Shown here in pieces: positions 11,619 through 24,870 of a stretch of 64,000 nucleotides of DNA; positions within the stretch are counted from its first letter, which is position 1; each line of letters begins with the position of its first letter. The translations under genes and the position numbers were made by a program. Source of the stretch: Octopus bimaculoides (Eukaryota). The stretch is from the NCBI RefSeq assembly GCF_001194135.2, contig NC_069002.1:28372900-28436899 (forward strand), given 5' to 3'. The notes under the pieces are model-generated. The model saw only the letters and a list, made by a program, of their open reading frames with translations. It made no database searches and was not told the DNA's origin.

Positions 11619-12081
11619 TGCTAGAGATGAAGACGGCTGTTACCAATGTCAAAGAATCGCCGTCCACGTTGGATAATAAAGTGACTTCTGGAATTCTAAG
11701 AAACGCCTCTTCAGACCGAAACTCCTCCTGCATCGACCCTCACTTCCTGGAAAATATGTCCGGACATACTACACAGTGTGCCTCACTAAATTACCTCTAC
11801 ACACCTGGAGTATTTTAAAATCTCTTGTTTAAAATATCTGCTGATTTTTACGCTCGCAAACACCGATAAAGAAACATTAAAACTTGACAGAAAGACAAGA
11901 TTAACAGAAAATATAATAATAAAGATAATAATAATAATAATAATACCATGTATATTAAAACAAGTATTAGGTTTTAAATACATGATATTTTCTCATATAT
12001 AGATACAGACACTAAACACACACATACATACTGACCCTTCCCCCACATTTGAATACATAACGCGATTCTCTTTTCGTCGCT
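11619..12081 (+). other. Probable 5' UTR portion of the tincar exon
   Basis: Pyrimidine-rich acceptor TTTTTCTATCTTCTTTAG ends at 11618; mostly non-repetitive sequence continues to the ATG. No transcript evidence available. Confidence 0.4.
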
Positions 12082-12541
12082 ATGGAAACATTTGTAAAAA
12101 GCTCCGTTCTAAATTCCTTATGGTCAATATGGTATTGCTTAGTTGTGATTGGCTTTCAGAGTTACATTACTTACCGTGAAATACAGCGCTACCTGGTGTT
12201 AAGACAAGCACAATGGCGGGCTTCTTTAATTCCTCCGGCGGAACTAACGGCTCAGCTCGTTCTTGTCATTGTATCAATACTATGTGTACCTCTTTTCATA
12301 CTTGCCTGTATTTTTCGTACGGGCAACTATGCCAACGATGGAGTGAAGCTTGGGCGCGATCATGCTCTTAACTCGAACATGGAAACTGTTTTTCGGCCAG
12401 TACATTTTACCCTTATACGTCGAATCTGGCGACATTTCTGTCCTCTTGCCCAAACATTACACCTCATGGCAGCGCTCTGTCTTTTACTACCGGATACACT
12501 AATTACTGCTGCTGGAGTCTACCACAAGCACAGGACAAAAG
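12082..12541 (+). CDS. tinc: First coding exon (153 codons + 1 nt, phase-1 donor) of a tincar-like multipass membrane protein
   Basis: ORF METFVKSSVLNSLWSIWYCLVV...GNYANDGVKLG...HLMAALCLLLP carries the LNSLWSxWY, GNxANDGxKL and HxxxAxCLLLP motifs I recognise from Drosophila Tincar. It has three hydrophobic stretches. An in-frame TAA at 12058-12060 and no AG before the ATG support 12082 as the start. Donor AAAG|GTAGGT at 12541/12542; the translation loses similarity after it. Confidence 0.85.
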
Positions 12542-12594
12542 GTAGGTTCCTTAACGAACTTTATTACATAAATACTTCTGTGTCTATATAATAA

Positions 12595-12830
12595 TCATTA
12601 TCATCATTGTGTAACGCTCGTTTTCTTTGGGTTGGACGGTTTGAGAGGAGATGGGCAGCCGGGGAGCTGTCTATACTCATATTGTCTGTTGTTGCATCGA
12701 TTTTACGGCTTGATACTCTTCTTAACGTCAGCCACCTTACAGTGTGCTAGCTGCTTTTTACGTGCCAAAGGCATGGATGTATTTGTGAAACTCCGGCTCG
12801 ACTGCATTTTATGTGGTTCCGGTACCCCTA
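12595..12830 (-). mobile_element. Dispersed retroposon 3' fragment with (ATG)n-like tail, about 55 bp into the tincar intron
   Basis: Minus strand GGCACGTAAAAAGC..GGCTGACGTTAAGAAG..AAACCGTCCAACCC..GCGTTACACAATGATGAT; recognised from memory as a common octopus repeat. Confidence 0.5.
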
Positions 12831-13887
12831 TAGGACAAGCTTATATGTATGGATGACACCGATTTTACTTAGTTTCACACGTCTTCTCAAGTACAGCAGC
12901 AAATCGCCACAGTTCCCGGTTCCTTCCATATAATATATATATATGAGTGTACCCATTTACAACACAACTATTAAGAATTTATCACACTCCGAACCCTTCC
13001 TGCTATATATATATATATATATATATGTTATAAAAGTACAAATAAGCTATAAATCGACTGGGTACTCGTTGACCGCCTGCTTTTACTTTCGTTGTTATAT
13101 AGGCCTTCCTACAAAATAGAATCAGAAAGTATTTAGTACAGTAAAAGCTATATTTTCTTTCCTCGGATGTGTATATTTTAAGTACCGTAAATTAAAAGAA
13201 AAAAAAAAAAAAATACCAGGGGAATTTTTTGTTCCTCCACCACTTTTACTTTAATTTTAAGATATTCTCAGGTTTATGTTTTGAAATATTAAGCATATTT
13301 TTGCAAGAATCGTATTCTCAAATGAGAATACGATTCTTCAACATACATTAAAAATTTAAAACATCGATTAAAAATCATGAAAAAGTATTATCAACAGAAA
13401 ATCTAGAATGTAAACTAAAACATTTCAGAAAGGTAAGGAAGCAGAAATCTTTTCTATAAGCTGTACCACATAAAAAAAAGGAAAAGAAAATAATATGTGC
13501 GCGTGTGTAGTTGAAATAGTGTGCTACAGTATGGTCACATCTGGTTGCGATCAATAAAGAATATACAAACTGTAATCTACGATGAAGCATATATGTCCAA
13601 AGATATTGAGGTCTTTGGCGCACTTATTTAGTTCCGACTCTATTCTATATGAACTCCTCTATGGTGTATTCCTTCGATTTCCCAATTGGCTGCAGTTCTT
13701 TATAGATCAGGATCTATCTCATATAAGTTACCAAAGTTAAATAGATAAATGAATAAAATCCTATATATATATATATATATATATATGATTGGAAGTAGAC
13801 TGTCGTGTGTTTGTGTGTGTGTGACAGAGTAGACCGTCGTGTGTGTATGTATGACGGAATAGACCGTCGTGTGTTTGTGTGTATATA

Positions 13888-13935
<48 letters not shown>

Positions 13936-13937
<2 letters not shown>

Positions 13938-14146
13938 GTGGGTTTGTTTTTGTCCCCATCCACCACTTGGCAATCGGTGTTGGTGTGTTTACCTCCCTGT
14001 CACTTAGCGGTTTGGTAAAAAAAAAACACCAATAAAATAAGTACCGGGATTTGCCAAAATAGTAAGTGCTGAGGCTGATTCGCTCGACGAAAATTCCTCA
14101 AGGCGGTGCTCCAGCATGACCGTCGTCTAATAACTGAAACAAGCAA
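13936..14146 (+). mobile_element. Family A SINE, 3' half
   Basis: TTTGTCCCC..ACTTAGCGGTTTGGTAAAA..AAGGCGGTGCTCCAGCATG..ACTGAAACAAG. Confidence 0.8.
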
Positions 14147-15017
14147 GCAAACGACAAGAGATATCATCCGTACCTCTTGGTACTTCATATGTATCCCCCC
14201 TTCCAAACCCGAACCATATCTACTCAGCCCCTCAGTCGTATCTCCATACGGATCCTTCATTGGATACTGAAGAAGAAAAATAAATCTGAATTTATTCTCG
14301 TCAAAAGAATCAAAATAATGAAAGCTGACTAAATAATTCTTCTTTTGGAATATGGATTACATTTTTAAAATCGATAATGTGGTTATTTTTAGACGCAATA
14401 TAGTAATGTAGAACGTCACTTGTACTTCTCCAATTATATACTTGTTTATTTTTGAACAGATCAATATTATTTCGATTGGTTCATGATAGGAATCACAGTC
14501 TTTGACGTATTCGATGTCTCCAACAAAATCTGTTGATAATAAAGAACTTGGATCGGTTTAACCTCATGTTCCAATCTCTAAATGTGTTAGGTGACATTTA
14601 CAAAACATGAGTGAGAACATATAATTGTTAACATAATTAATCTGGATATTAATACACACACTTCGAGGTAATTTTTAGTACAATAAAACATGGAAATGTT
14701 AAACGTTTAACACAATGTTCCTAAATCGGAGTCTATATGACACCCGAGTGTTCATAGAATATTTTGTGAAGTCCACGCCAACAAAATATTAAATCGGATG
14801 TCCACGGTAGTATTTCAGATGTCTATGAAAAAAACTTTAGCTTATTTCAAGAAACAATTAGGTTTCTTTCTCTAACACTTAACATAGTTCAACATAATAG
14901 TGTGCAAAACTGGCAGAGCAGCAGCAAGCACGAGACGTACATTGGTGTAGCACTAAAATAGTATTAAAAAAAAAAAAAATCTGTCCTGTTTTATTCATGA
15001 CGTATTTTATAAGTAAA

Positions 15018-15408
15018 GGCGCAGGAGTGGCTGTGTGGTAAATAGCTTGCTTACCAACCACATGGTTCCGGGTTCAGTCCCACTGCGTGGCACCTTGGGC
15101 AAGTGTCTTCTACTATAGCCTCAGGCCGACCAAAGCCTTGTGAGTGGATTTGGTAGACGGAAACGGAAAGAAGCCCGTCGTATATATATATATGTGTGTG
15201 TGTGTGTGTATGTTTGTATTTGTCCCCCCAACATCGCTTGACAACCGATGGTGGTGTGTTTACGTCCTCGTAACTTGGCGGTTCGGCAAAAGAGACCGAT
15301 AGAATAAGTACTCGGCTTCCAAAGAATAAGTCCTGGGGTCAATTTGTCGACTAAAAGGCGGTGCCCCAGCATGGCCACAGTCAAAATGACTGAAACAAGT
15401 AAAAGAGT
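15018..15408 (+). mobile_element. Family A SINE, full-length, young-looking reference copy
   Basis: Head GGCGCAGGAGTGGCTGTGTGGTAA, B-box GGTTCAGTCC, CCTTGGGCAAGT (as in CORE/MIR), internal (TA)(TG)n, tail TGACTGAAACAAGTAAAAGAG. Confidence 0.9.
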
Positions 15409-17038
15409 ATTCATTTTCCGTAGAATTTAGTTCTTAAAAGTGATGTGCAATACATTGGTTGTACTTCTGCAGACAAAATGTTTTAACAATTTTTATATAA
15501 CTCCTATTAATATTTAATAATATCTAATTATAAAAATTCCTACTAGACTATGTTTAAAGAGACTAATGTAATATGTGCCATTGTTTCTAAGAGGTAACTA
15601 AAGAGACTTGTCAGCACACGCCGTGGTCCCGGCGGACATAATGGGAAAAGGTGTTGCTCCGAGAGACGGCAAAGGCTGGGACTGACTTACAAGGGTCGTA
15701 CTTGCTTGCGGATAGCCATCTTCGCCCCGATAACAGTGAGGGTTTTCACTACTACAGGCCCTACCACGCATCTGTCAGAGAGCGGTTGGTACTTCGATAT
15801 TCGCCCTCCTCAGTTCGATGTGCAGCAAAGCCTGGACTGCCCGCCAAACAACCGGACATTTTAAATGTTGAAAGGTAATGGGGGCCCACCAGAGTAAAAT
15901 AATAATTAAATAGATCCAAAGATAAAAAATGGTGAAGCACTGGATTAAGAACATTTACGCATGTCATTCTTCAGATCTTTTCTTTCCAGAGCAAAACCTG
16001 TTGAATAGATTTCCTTTATGTTATAGTATTTTTTTATTTTTTTATGTGGTTTGTTTTTGTGACTATTTTTTTTTTCGATAAAGGAATTGGTTTTATTGAA
16101 TATTTTAAAAGAATGCACTAGTAATGCAGGCGTTCACTGTAGTGTAGTGTTTGATGTACCGAACATGTATTTCGGAATTGTGTGATGTATACAGTAGAAT
16201 CAGATCTAAGAAAGAGAAAGAGGGGGTAACTTAAGAAAACGGACATATCAAAAGACAACACATACATGCTATTAAGTAGTTGGTGTAAGCAAAAACAAAG
16301 GGAAAAAAAACGTAAACTGAATGAAGAAATCGATTTACATATATATATATATATATANNNNNNNNNNCACACACACACACACATATACATATACATAAAT
16401 ATATATACATGTATATGTATACATGTAAGTAAGCATACAGGTGCACGATAAGGTGGAAAAAGTAGTTCTCAAATAACAAATACTGAGTGAAATACTATTT
16501 TATTGAAGCTGAAAGAAAAACAAACAAACAAACAAACAGGAAAACCGTTTCACGTTGAACGGTCACCTGAAATTCTGAGTAAAAGCTTCTAAAGGTTTTT
16601 AATAAAATGGTATATATCTTTTAAGAAAATAGTGTGTGTATATACATACATACACTATATATACATACAAATCCCAAAAATGGAACAAGAAGGCAACAGA
16701 CAAGAATAATGCATCCGGACAGATAGACAATAAAAAGACGGACAGGAAATAACAAGGACGGGTCATTCGCAGCAATCTCTCATCAATCATGTATCCTGAC
16801 AATCATAACAGTTTCGGCCGGTTATACTTGCCATATATAATGCACAGTATATGGATTCAATTATTCCGCTGGTACTCATACAAAAAAAAGCTCCTTAATG
16901 CATCATTAATACATAGAATATATAATACGATTCAAGAGAAAACCATAATTATTTCTGCATGTTTTAAGTAGCGAAACAATTGTTGTAATATAAATTTTAT
17001 CATAATATATTTCTCTAGTTATTTATAACTATTTATAA

Positions 17039-17071
<33 letters not shown>

Positions 17072-18037
17072 TTATACCGACACGCACACACATACACCCA
17101 CACTTTTATTCTATTATTTCATCATCATTTAGTTCAATAAGTAGGCACTGAATGGTCAAAAAGTTCACAACTTCGAGGTAACAGGTTCGACTCCACTGCA
17201 TGGCGTCGTTGCCAATGCTATTTTCTATAGTTTCGGCTCAGTGCTTAACTTGTGAGTAGAATTAAGGGGATCAAAACTGTAAAGAACCCCACCCACCCAC
17301 GGGGAGTTTAGACCTGTAATTCAAAAAGTGAAGCCGTTTCATTTGCTGTCACATTGATTTTATTTTTTGAGAATTAGATGAAGAGTACATGAACATGCGG
17401 AACATTCAGCCACTTACACGTTAAATCGGGAGCAGATAAACCACACAGCCGCTCCTGCGCCATTTTACAACATATATTGTCATAATTTACTCGCTAATAT
17501 GTATATTGCGTTTCTTCAACATGTCCTCTTTTGTCGGAAGATATGCTGTGAGTTAAGGGAGATTTGGTTACTATTTCTAGATGGTTGTGTGGATATAGAT
17601 GCACTTCTTTATGGTAGTATGATGGTAAGTAATGGTTAACGAAAACATCTTAGAATGTTTTCGTAAAAATCAAGAAAACCAGTAATATTGAGTGTTCTTC
17701 CGCCTCCAAGATGTATCATTTGTGAAGAAACGCCATCAAATAGGCGAAGATATGGCTGTGGTTTGCCGCAGGAAAATTCACGTCAGTATTTTTGGCCAGA
17801 GGAAAGTTTGCTGCAAGACAAAAGATGAATTTCTAGCCTTGGTATATAGATGTTTCAACCAATAAGAATTGGTAAAGTAATTTCTTGACTCATTAAAGAT
17901 TTCTTTATTCATTCGACAATATTTTTTTGCGTAGCAAAAATGTTTGCGGGAATTTTAAATGAGTTAAGAAATTACTTTACCCCTTCTTGTTGGTTGAAGC
18001 AATTATATACCAAGGGGAGAAATTCATCTTTTGTCTT

Positions 18038-18270
18038 GCGGCTCGCTTTCCAACCACATGGTTTTCGAGTTCAGTCGAGCCCAGCACTTTTGGTATGTGT
18101 CTTTTGTAATAGCCCTGCACTAACCAATGCCATGTGATTTGACGGAAACTGTGTAGAAGCTCGTCGCGTGTCTGCGGAGTGCTCAGTCACTTGCACGTTA
18201 ATTTCACAAGCAGACTGTTTCGTTGAAGTGATCAACTGGAGCCCTCGTCGCCGTAACCGACGGAGTGCCA

Positions 18271-18328
<58 letters not shown>

Positions 18329-18530
18329 CTTGTTTCCCCACGACCGATGTGGGTTTGTTTATGTCCCCCGCAACGTAGCGGCTCGGAATAACAGATTGAC
18401 AGAATAAGTACAAGGATTGAAAAAAAAAAAAAAAACCCCAAAAAAAACATGCAATAAGTTCTGAGATCGATTACCCATTCTAAGCGGTGCCCTAGCATGG
18501 CCAGAATCCAGGGACTGAAACAAGTAGATG
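18038..18530 (+). mobile_element. Family A SINE carrying a nested family C 3' fragment (18167-18271)
   Basis: A head, then C tail GTGTCTGCGGAGTGCTCAG..ACGGAGTGCCAG, (TA)n, then A 3' half. Confidence 0.8.
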
Positions 18531-18595
18531 ATAAATACATCATATCGATCCTATATCTATAACATAGAGTACGTATATCCATAATGCAGCTGTAC

Positions 18596-18900
18596 TCTAT
18601 CTATCTATCTTTATCTATCTATCTATCTGTCTATCTATCTATCTATCTATTTATCTATATCTATTTATCTATATATCTATCTATCTATCTATTTATCTAT
18701 ATCTATTTATCTATATATCTATCTATCTATTTATCTATATCTATTTATCTATATATCTATCTATCTATTTATCTATATCTATTTATCTATATACCTATCT
18801 ATCTATCTATCTATCTATCTATTTATCTATATATCTATCTAACTATCTATCTCCATCTATCTTTCTCCATCTATCTACCTATCTGTTTATCTATCTATCT
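18596..18900. repeat. Long imperfect (TATC)n microsatellite
   Basis: About 300 bp of TATC/TATT/TATA units. Confidence 0.95.
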
Positions 18901-19357
18901 CAATGAAGCGTCGGAAGGTTTTAACTGTATGTTGTTCATACGTAAGAAAAATGTATTTTTGTATCCTTATCTTGAGAGGAGTGTGTTATCTGCGACTACT
19001 TTATGTTATTGAATATGATTAGGGTTACTGAACCCCTATTGAAAGATCTTTTCATTGAAGTTATCCTCATCGGCTGCGAGGTGCTGAAGTGATTGCGAAA
19101 GCTTTGATGGTGTCACGAACAGCGACGTTTACTTTCAATGAAGTTCGTAAAAGTGAATGGTCTTTCATTCACAGAAAACCTAATTCTAGAGGGAAAGATA
19201 TGTGATCGTTTCCATTACCTTTGAGGTGCAGCAAGCATTGAATAATGAAGCCCTTTAAAGAGGTTATTGTGTTCATACATGAAATAGCAGTGACTACCTT
19301 CAGAGCTGTTTATGCGTGAATGTTTATTTGTGCATTCTTACGCAACACACATAGAAA

Positions 19358-19394
<37 letters not shown>

Positions 19395-19479
19395 GCACAC
19401 ACATACATACATACAGGTATACAGTCAATGAATCCCTAACGGTGTATAGAATTAAACATTTTATATTGGTAGAATCAAT

Positions 19480-19665
19480 CGCGCGTTGGGAAATGTTATG
19501 TAGTATTGTTTTCGGATATTTATGTTCTGAGTTCAAATTCCACTCCGGCCAGTTTTGCTTTTTTTCATCTTTCTGGGGTCGATAAAATAAAGTACCAATC
19601 AAGTACTGGAGTTGATGGTATTAATTAACCTCCATCCGTTTGAATTGTTTGCATTATGCCTAAAC
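19480..19665 (+). mobile_element. Family B SINE
   Basis: GTAGAATC..GTTCTGAGTTCAAATTCC..GGGGTCGATAAAATAAAGTACC. Confidence 0.75.
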
Positions 19666-20010
19666 AAAAAAAAAAACATTATTATGCTCCATAAAATCGT
19701 TGGAGCGTCGAACAAAATGCCTTGTATTTTTTCTGGTATAGAATTAAACTGTGTTATTTAATACCTTCGTCGACGCAGAGACAAAATGTATAGATGTGTG
19801 TGTGTGTATGTATATAGTATTATGTGTGCAGGAATGTCTGTATTTGGCTTGTCACCGTGTGAGAGCAGCGGTCTTGATATCAACATCCCATGTTGACATT
19901 TTGACCGGTGACTCTGCGCTTGTGAAAACCAATGAAATTTAAAACCTCGAAAATCAAAAGTTAGCGACAGAATAAGCATCCGGTCTTTGTTTTTATTGAC
20001 AAAATAATGA

Positions 20011-20085
<75 letters not shown>

Positions 20086-20100
20086 NNNNNNNNNNCTCTT

Positions 20101-20158
<58 letters not shown>

Positions 20159-20414
20159 CTTTCTTTTCTTTTCTTACTGTTTGAAAACCTTGAAATATAA
20201 AACAAAATTTTCGCTGAATTCTGATAAATTAGTTGAATCCTTAATCACCTACTGCTTGCCTCCATATTATTGCCTACATAAATGGTAGGTATTTTTACCC
20301 TTCTAGAGTAAGCAATTAAGCCCTTCAGTGCGAATTTTATGTTTTCCCAAATACTGTTCTGTCGTGTTTTCGGCCAAATAGTAATGAAGATCATTTTTGT
20401 GCGGTTAAGAAACC

Positions 20415-20795
20415 CACTTTGCAACTACGTGGTTTCAGTTTTGTCTCACTTGGACAAGTGTCTTCTACTCTTGGCTGACCAATGCCTTGTGAGTGAATTT
20501 GGTAGACGGAAACTGAATGGAAGCCCATTTTACACACACACACACACAAACACACCATTTAATATAAACAATTGCAAGGCAGTGAGCTGGCAGAATCGTT
20601 AGCACGCCGGACAAACTGCTTAGCGTTGCTTCGTCCGTCTTTACGTTCCGAGTTCAAATGCTGCCGAGATCGACCTTGCCTCTCATCCTTTCGGGGTCGA
20701 TAAAATATGTACCAGTTGAGTACTGCGGTTGATGTAATCAATTAACTCTGTCCTTCAAAATTGCTGGCATTGTCCCCAAATTTGAAATCCAATAT
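20415..20795 (+). mobile_element. Family A head fragment (20415-20530) followed by a full family B SINE (20575-20795)
   Basis: Match to the family A and B reference copies. Confidence 0.85.
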
Positions 20796-21114
20796 AGACA
20801 ATTACAAAGTTATTAATAGTTTCATGCTTTAAGGTACACTTTGGTACCCTATATAGAGTGTATATAACATGCCATATATCTTTAAAGAATCGTTCAGGCT
20901 CAGTCCATGACGTTAGATGTATTGAAGAAAAAATCAGGATGCTGGTCTATGAGAAAAAGAAAAGAAACACAAGGAAGGTTAATGCAAAAAAAAAAAGAAA
21001 AAAAGGAACGAGAAAGAAAGAAAAGTAGAAACCATAATTTATATAGATGGTGCAGAATACACACACACCTATATACACAAATGCACAAACAAATATACAC
21101 ACACACACACACAC

Positions 21115-21145
<31 letters not shown>

Positions 21146-23757
21146 NNNNNNNNNNNNNNNNNNNNNNNNNNNNNNNNNNNNNNNNNNNNNNNNNNNNNNN
21201 NNNNNNNNNNNNNNNNNNNNNNNNNNNNNNNNNNNNNNNNNNNNNNNNNNNNNNNNNNNNNNNNNNNNNNNNNNNNNNNNNNNNNNNNNNNNNNNNNNNN
21301 NNNNNNNNNNNNNNNNNNNNNNNNNNNNNNNNNNNNNNNNNNNNNNNNNNNNNNNNNNNNNNNNNNNNNNNNNNNNNNNNNNNNNNNNNNNNNNNNNNNN
21401 NNNNNNNNNNNNNNNNNNNNNNNNNNNNNNNNNNNNNNNNNNNNNNNNNNNNNNNNNNNNNNNNNNNNNNNNNNNNNNNNNNNNNNNNNNNNNNNNNNNN
21501 NNNNNNNNNNNNNNNNNNNNNNNNNNNNNNNNNNNNNNNNNNNNNNNNNNNNNNNNNNNNNNNNNNNNNNNNNNNNNNTAATGGTAATTCGCTTTTAATT
21601 TTAGAGATTCTTTTGAGAATGAAAAAGATTTAGAGTAAAACCAAAATACAAAAGACAGTTATTGATTTTCATTTTAGTTATTTATTTATTTTATTTTAGG
21701 AAACATTCAGTTGGTTGTGTACCGAACAAAGTTGAACTTTGGTAAAACGTATAGATGAAAACGTTACAAATTATCGTGTTCTCTTTCATTAAAAAGTCAT
21801 TTGACCAAGTGCGGCCTTCAATAGGTTTTTAGTTGTAAGCTTTAAAAAAAATGGTCTAAAATCGATCAAAAACTTAAATGAAAAGTACAAAAAAAAAAAA
21901 AAAAAGAAAATTGCAAGAATGATTTGGCGTCCTTAACCAATGTTGAAACAGTTGTTGGTTCCTTTATTTCTTGTATTAATTTTCTTAAAGTCATTTAGAA
22001 ATCATGCTTTATGCTGTCCATTTGTGACGGTCTGACTCTAATATGATGAACATGGAGGAATGGTAAGCTGACATTTCCATGGAACAACAGTTGCTTTAAT
22101 TACAAGCAACATTTCACTGTGTTTGGATTTTTACCATACGTATGTTGGTTCGAAACCTCACCTCATTGATTGTGTCTTTTTCTCCTGGCGAGAAAAATAA
22201 AAATAAAACAGAAAACGATACAATTAGCGACGGAAACAGTATTAATAAAAGGCAATCTTTAAAATGCAACATAACATGAATGCTTTCTTAGAACGCCGAA
22301 AACGGTCGTTTACCTTGAGAGATCCTCTCATATAGACATAGTCGTGATTTTGTATGATCTGGCAGTTCCGGCGACAATGCCAGTCGAATCTCGTTTGCTA
22401 CGATATATATCTCTATTGGTGTCAAATGAAATCATACAGCTGTCTTACGTTAAATTAATAATGTCTAGTTTGACATAAATATTTCCTTTCCATAAAGTGT
22501 ATTTCAATTTGAACTTCACTCTCAAAACTTAAAAGATGAAAATATAATTGGGAATATTAATATCTGATACAAATGGATTTTGATGTAACTTTAATGCGGT
22601 TGGTACTTTCATGAAATTATTTTTTGTTTTTTCATTGTACATGATACACATTAAACTCGTTATCATCCTTTGCGTTTGTTCATTATTCCACGCAACTTTT
22701 TGCTATTGACGCCACCAAAACGAACAATATCATCGTTAAAGGCGTGAAATTGTTATGATTTTTGGACAATAACTGAAGAGGAAAGAGCATGTCCACATCT
22801 TGTGTGTGAATTTTCCGTTTGTTCCTTTCTCGTCCTTCGGTGCCATCTTTTGAATCTTATATAAGGAGTAACTGTAGAGCTTCCCGAACATAATCTGTTT
22901 TGCATATGCAAGTTTATAGTTTTTATACCTTAAACCCATCCTATTCTTTAGTTTTCTTCCTTTCCTTAACATTCTCCTATTTAATAAAAGACACCATTGA
23001 AAACATTTTGCTACAATATCATTTTCCATGTTATCGTCAACGAGCTCTATGCACAATGCCAACATTTTCTTATGCGACACCATTTCTTTCTTTTTCTTTT
23101 TTTTTTCACCACCTCTTTTAGAATTCTTTTAGAAAACTGGAGTTGCTTTCATTCTGAAACATAAAATGTACATAGAACCTTTCTTTAAAATGCATAAATT
23201 CTTATAATGAGGAAATGTTCAAAATAGAACAAGACAATATTACAAAGAAAAAAAAAAAGAAAAAACGATTGTAAGAAAACGATAACATAAAAGTTATTTT
23301 TTTTATAACATGACTCATTAGATATTGTAAAATGAGAGGCCTTCATAAAGTATGAATTGGTGGTTAAAGTGAGACACACGTTTGTGAATGTATTTCAAAT
23401 TTCTTCTATAAAATAGACAATAATACATTCATTATTTGTGAACTTTTTATCATCTTTACATTATTATTATTGTTGTTGTTGTTATTATTGCACTTTCGCA
23501 AATAGACAGTATTTCCTAACAACTATTGCACTAAATAGAAATGTTGTACAATTATTAATTGTTGACGGAAACAAATGTTGTGATCTAAAAGAACTGCTCC
23601 GATTGCCAATTCCATATTCTTTGTAGTGATTTCGATGTCCTTTTCTTTTGTAACGTTTTTTTTTTACTTACAGTTCTACACCACATAACTCATAATGATA
23701 TTGATAAAACCTACAAAGAAAAATACCCCCCACCATACTTGCTCTATATAATGTACT

Positions 23758-23801
<44 letters not shown>

Positions 23802-24062
23802 GTGTGTGCATATTTAAACGGGTGTGTGTGCATAAATACATGCACATACAGACGTGTGTGTATGTATATGTATGTATATATATATATTTGGTAATGCAAA
23901 CAGGAAAAATAGAACTCAAAATATGAGTATATGTATATTTTTATTAATATTTAGCAGATGCAACAGAGTGACTCAAGTTCTGAGTGTTTCGTGCGTCGAC
24001 TTGATAAGTGCGAAGTGCCAACGTAAGAAACACTTCATCCTTGTATCGTTCTGTTGTTTCTG

Positions 24063-24129
<67 letters not shown>

Positions 24130-24131
<2 letters not shown>

Positions 24132-24475
24132 AAATAAAATGAGACAACAAAACCAAAGGTGTGTAGAATTTATAGGACATTTATAAAGAGACTGGTAGTC
24201 TTACAGCTGTTTCTGGGATATTAGGGATATGCCTTCAGCAGAGACAATACGAGAGAGTTACTAGAGGGAAATAGTAGAACTCAGTATAAGGAGTTATTTT
24301 GGAAGAGAATGGATATAGGAAGTATACAAGGAAATAAGAGAATAAAAATATATGTAGGATGTTACAGTTGCAGTTCCATTATCCAAGGAAGGTGGTGTGG
24401 AGAACGGGTAGATATGCTTCTTGTCCATGGTATGTAGATTCAGGTAGTTCATATTTTGTTATTACTAGTGGATAT
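24130..24475 (-). mobile_element. Penelope-type terminal repeat between (TA)n tracts, with hammerhead motif 24198-24245
   Basis: Minus strand GTCT-CTGCTGA-AGGCATATCCCTAATATCCCA-GAA-ACAGCTGT-A-AGAC. Confidence 0.6.
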
Positions 24476-24491
24476 ATATATATATATATAT

Positions 24492-24870
24492 CGTGGCACT
24501 CCGTCGGTTGCGACGACGATGGTTCCAGTTAATCCGATCAACGGAACAGCCTGCTCGTGAAATTAACGTGCAAGTGGCTGAGCACTCCACAGACACGTGT
24601 ATTCTTAACGTAGTTCTCGGAGATATTCAGTGTGACACAGCGTGACAAGGCTGACCCTTTGAATTACAGGCACAACAGAAAAAGGAAGTAAGAGTGAGAG
24701 AAAGTTGTGGTGAAAGAGTACAGCAGGGTTCGCCATCATCCCCTGCTGGAACCTCGTGGAGCTTTAGGTGTTTTCGCTCAATAAACACTCACAACGACCA
24801 GTTTGGGAATCGAAACTGCGGTCCTATGACCGCGAATCCGCTGCCCTAACCACTGGGCCATTGCGCCTCC
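24492..24870 (-). mobile_element. Family C SINE, full length
   Basis: Minus strand AGGCGCAATGGCCCAGTGGTTAGGGCAGCGG..GGTTTCGATTCC..GTGGAGTGCTCAGCCACTTGCACG..CGGAGTGCCAC. Confidence 0.9.

Noticed and set aside
16690-16860. Possible ninth Penelope-type tail (minus strand GGCC-GAAACTGTTA)
   Set aside because: The CUGANGA half is unrecognisable; too decayed to support.
17690-17830. Short frame with RCIICEE..RRYGCG resembling a transposase cysteine-rich tail
   Set aside because: Only one CxxC, about 45 codons, and no supporting context.
19039-19076. Minus-strand CCGATGA..GAAA..palindrome hammerhead-like string
   Set aside because: Helix II is unpaired and helix I has only 1 bp.
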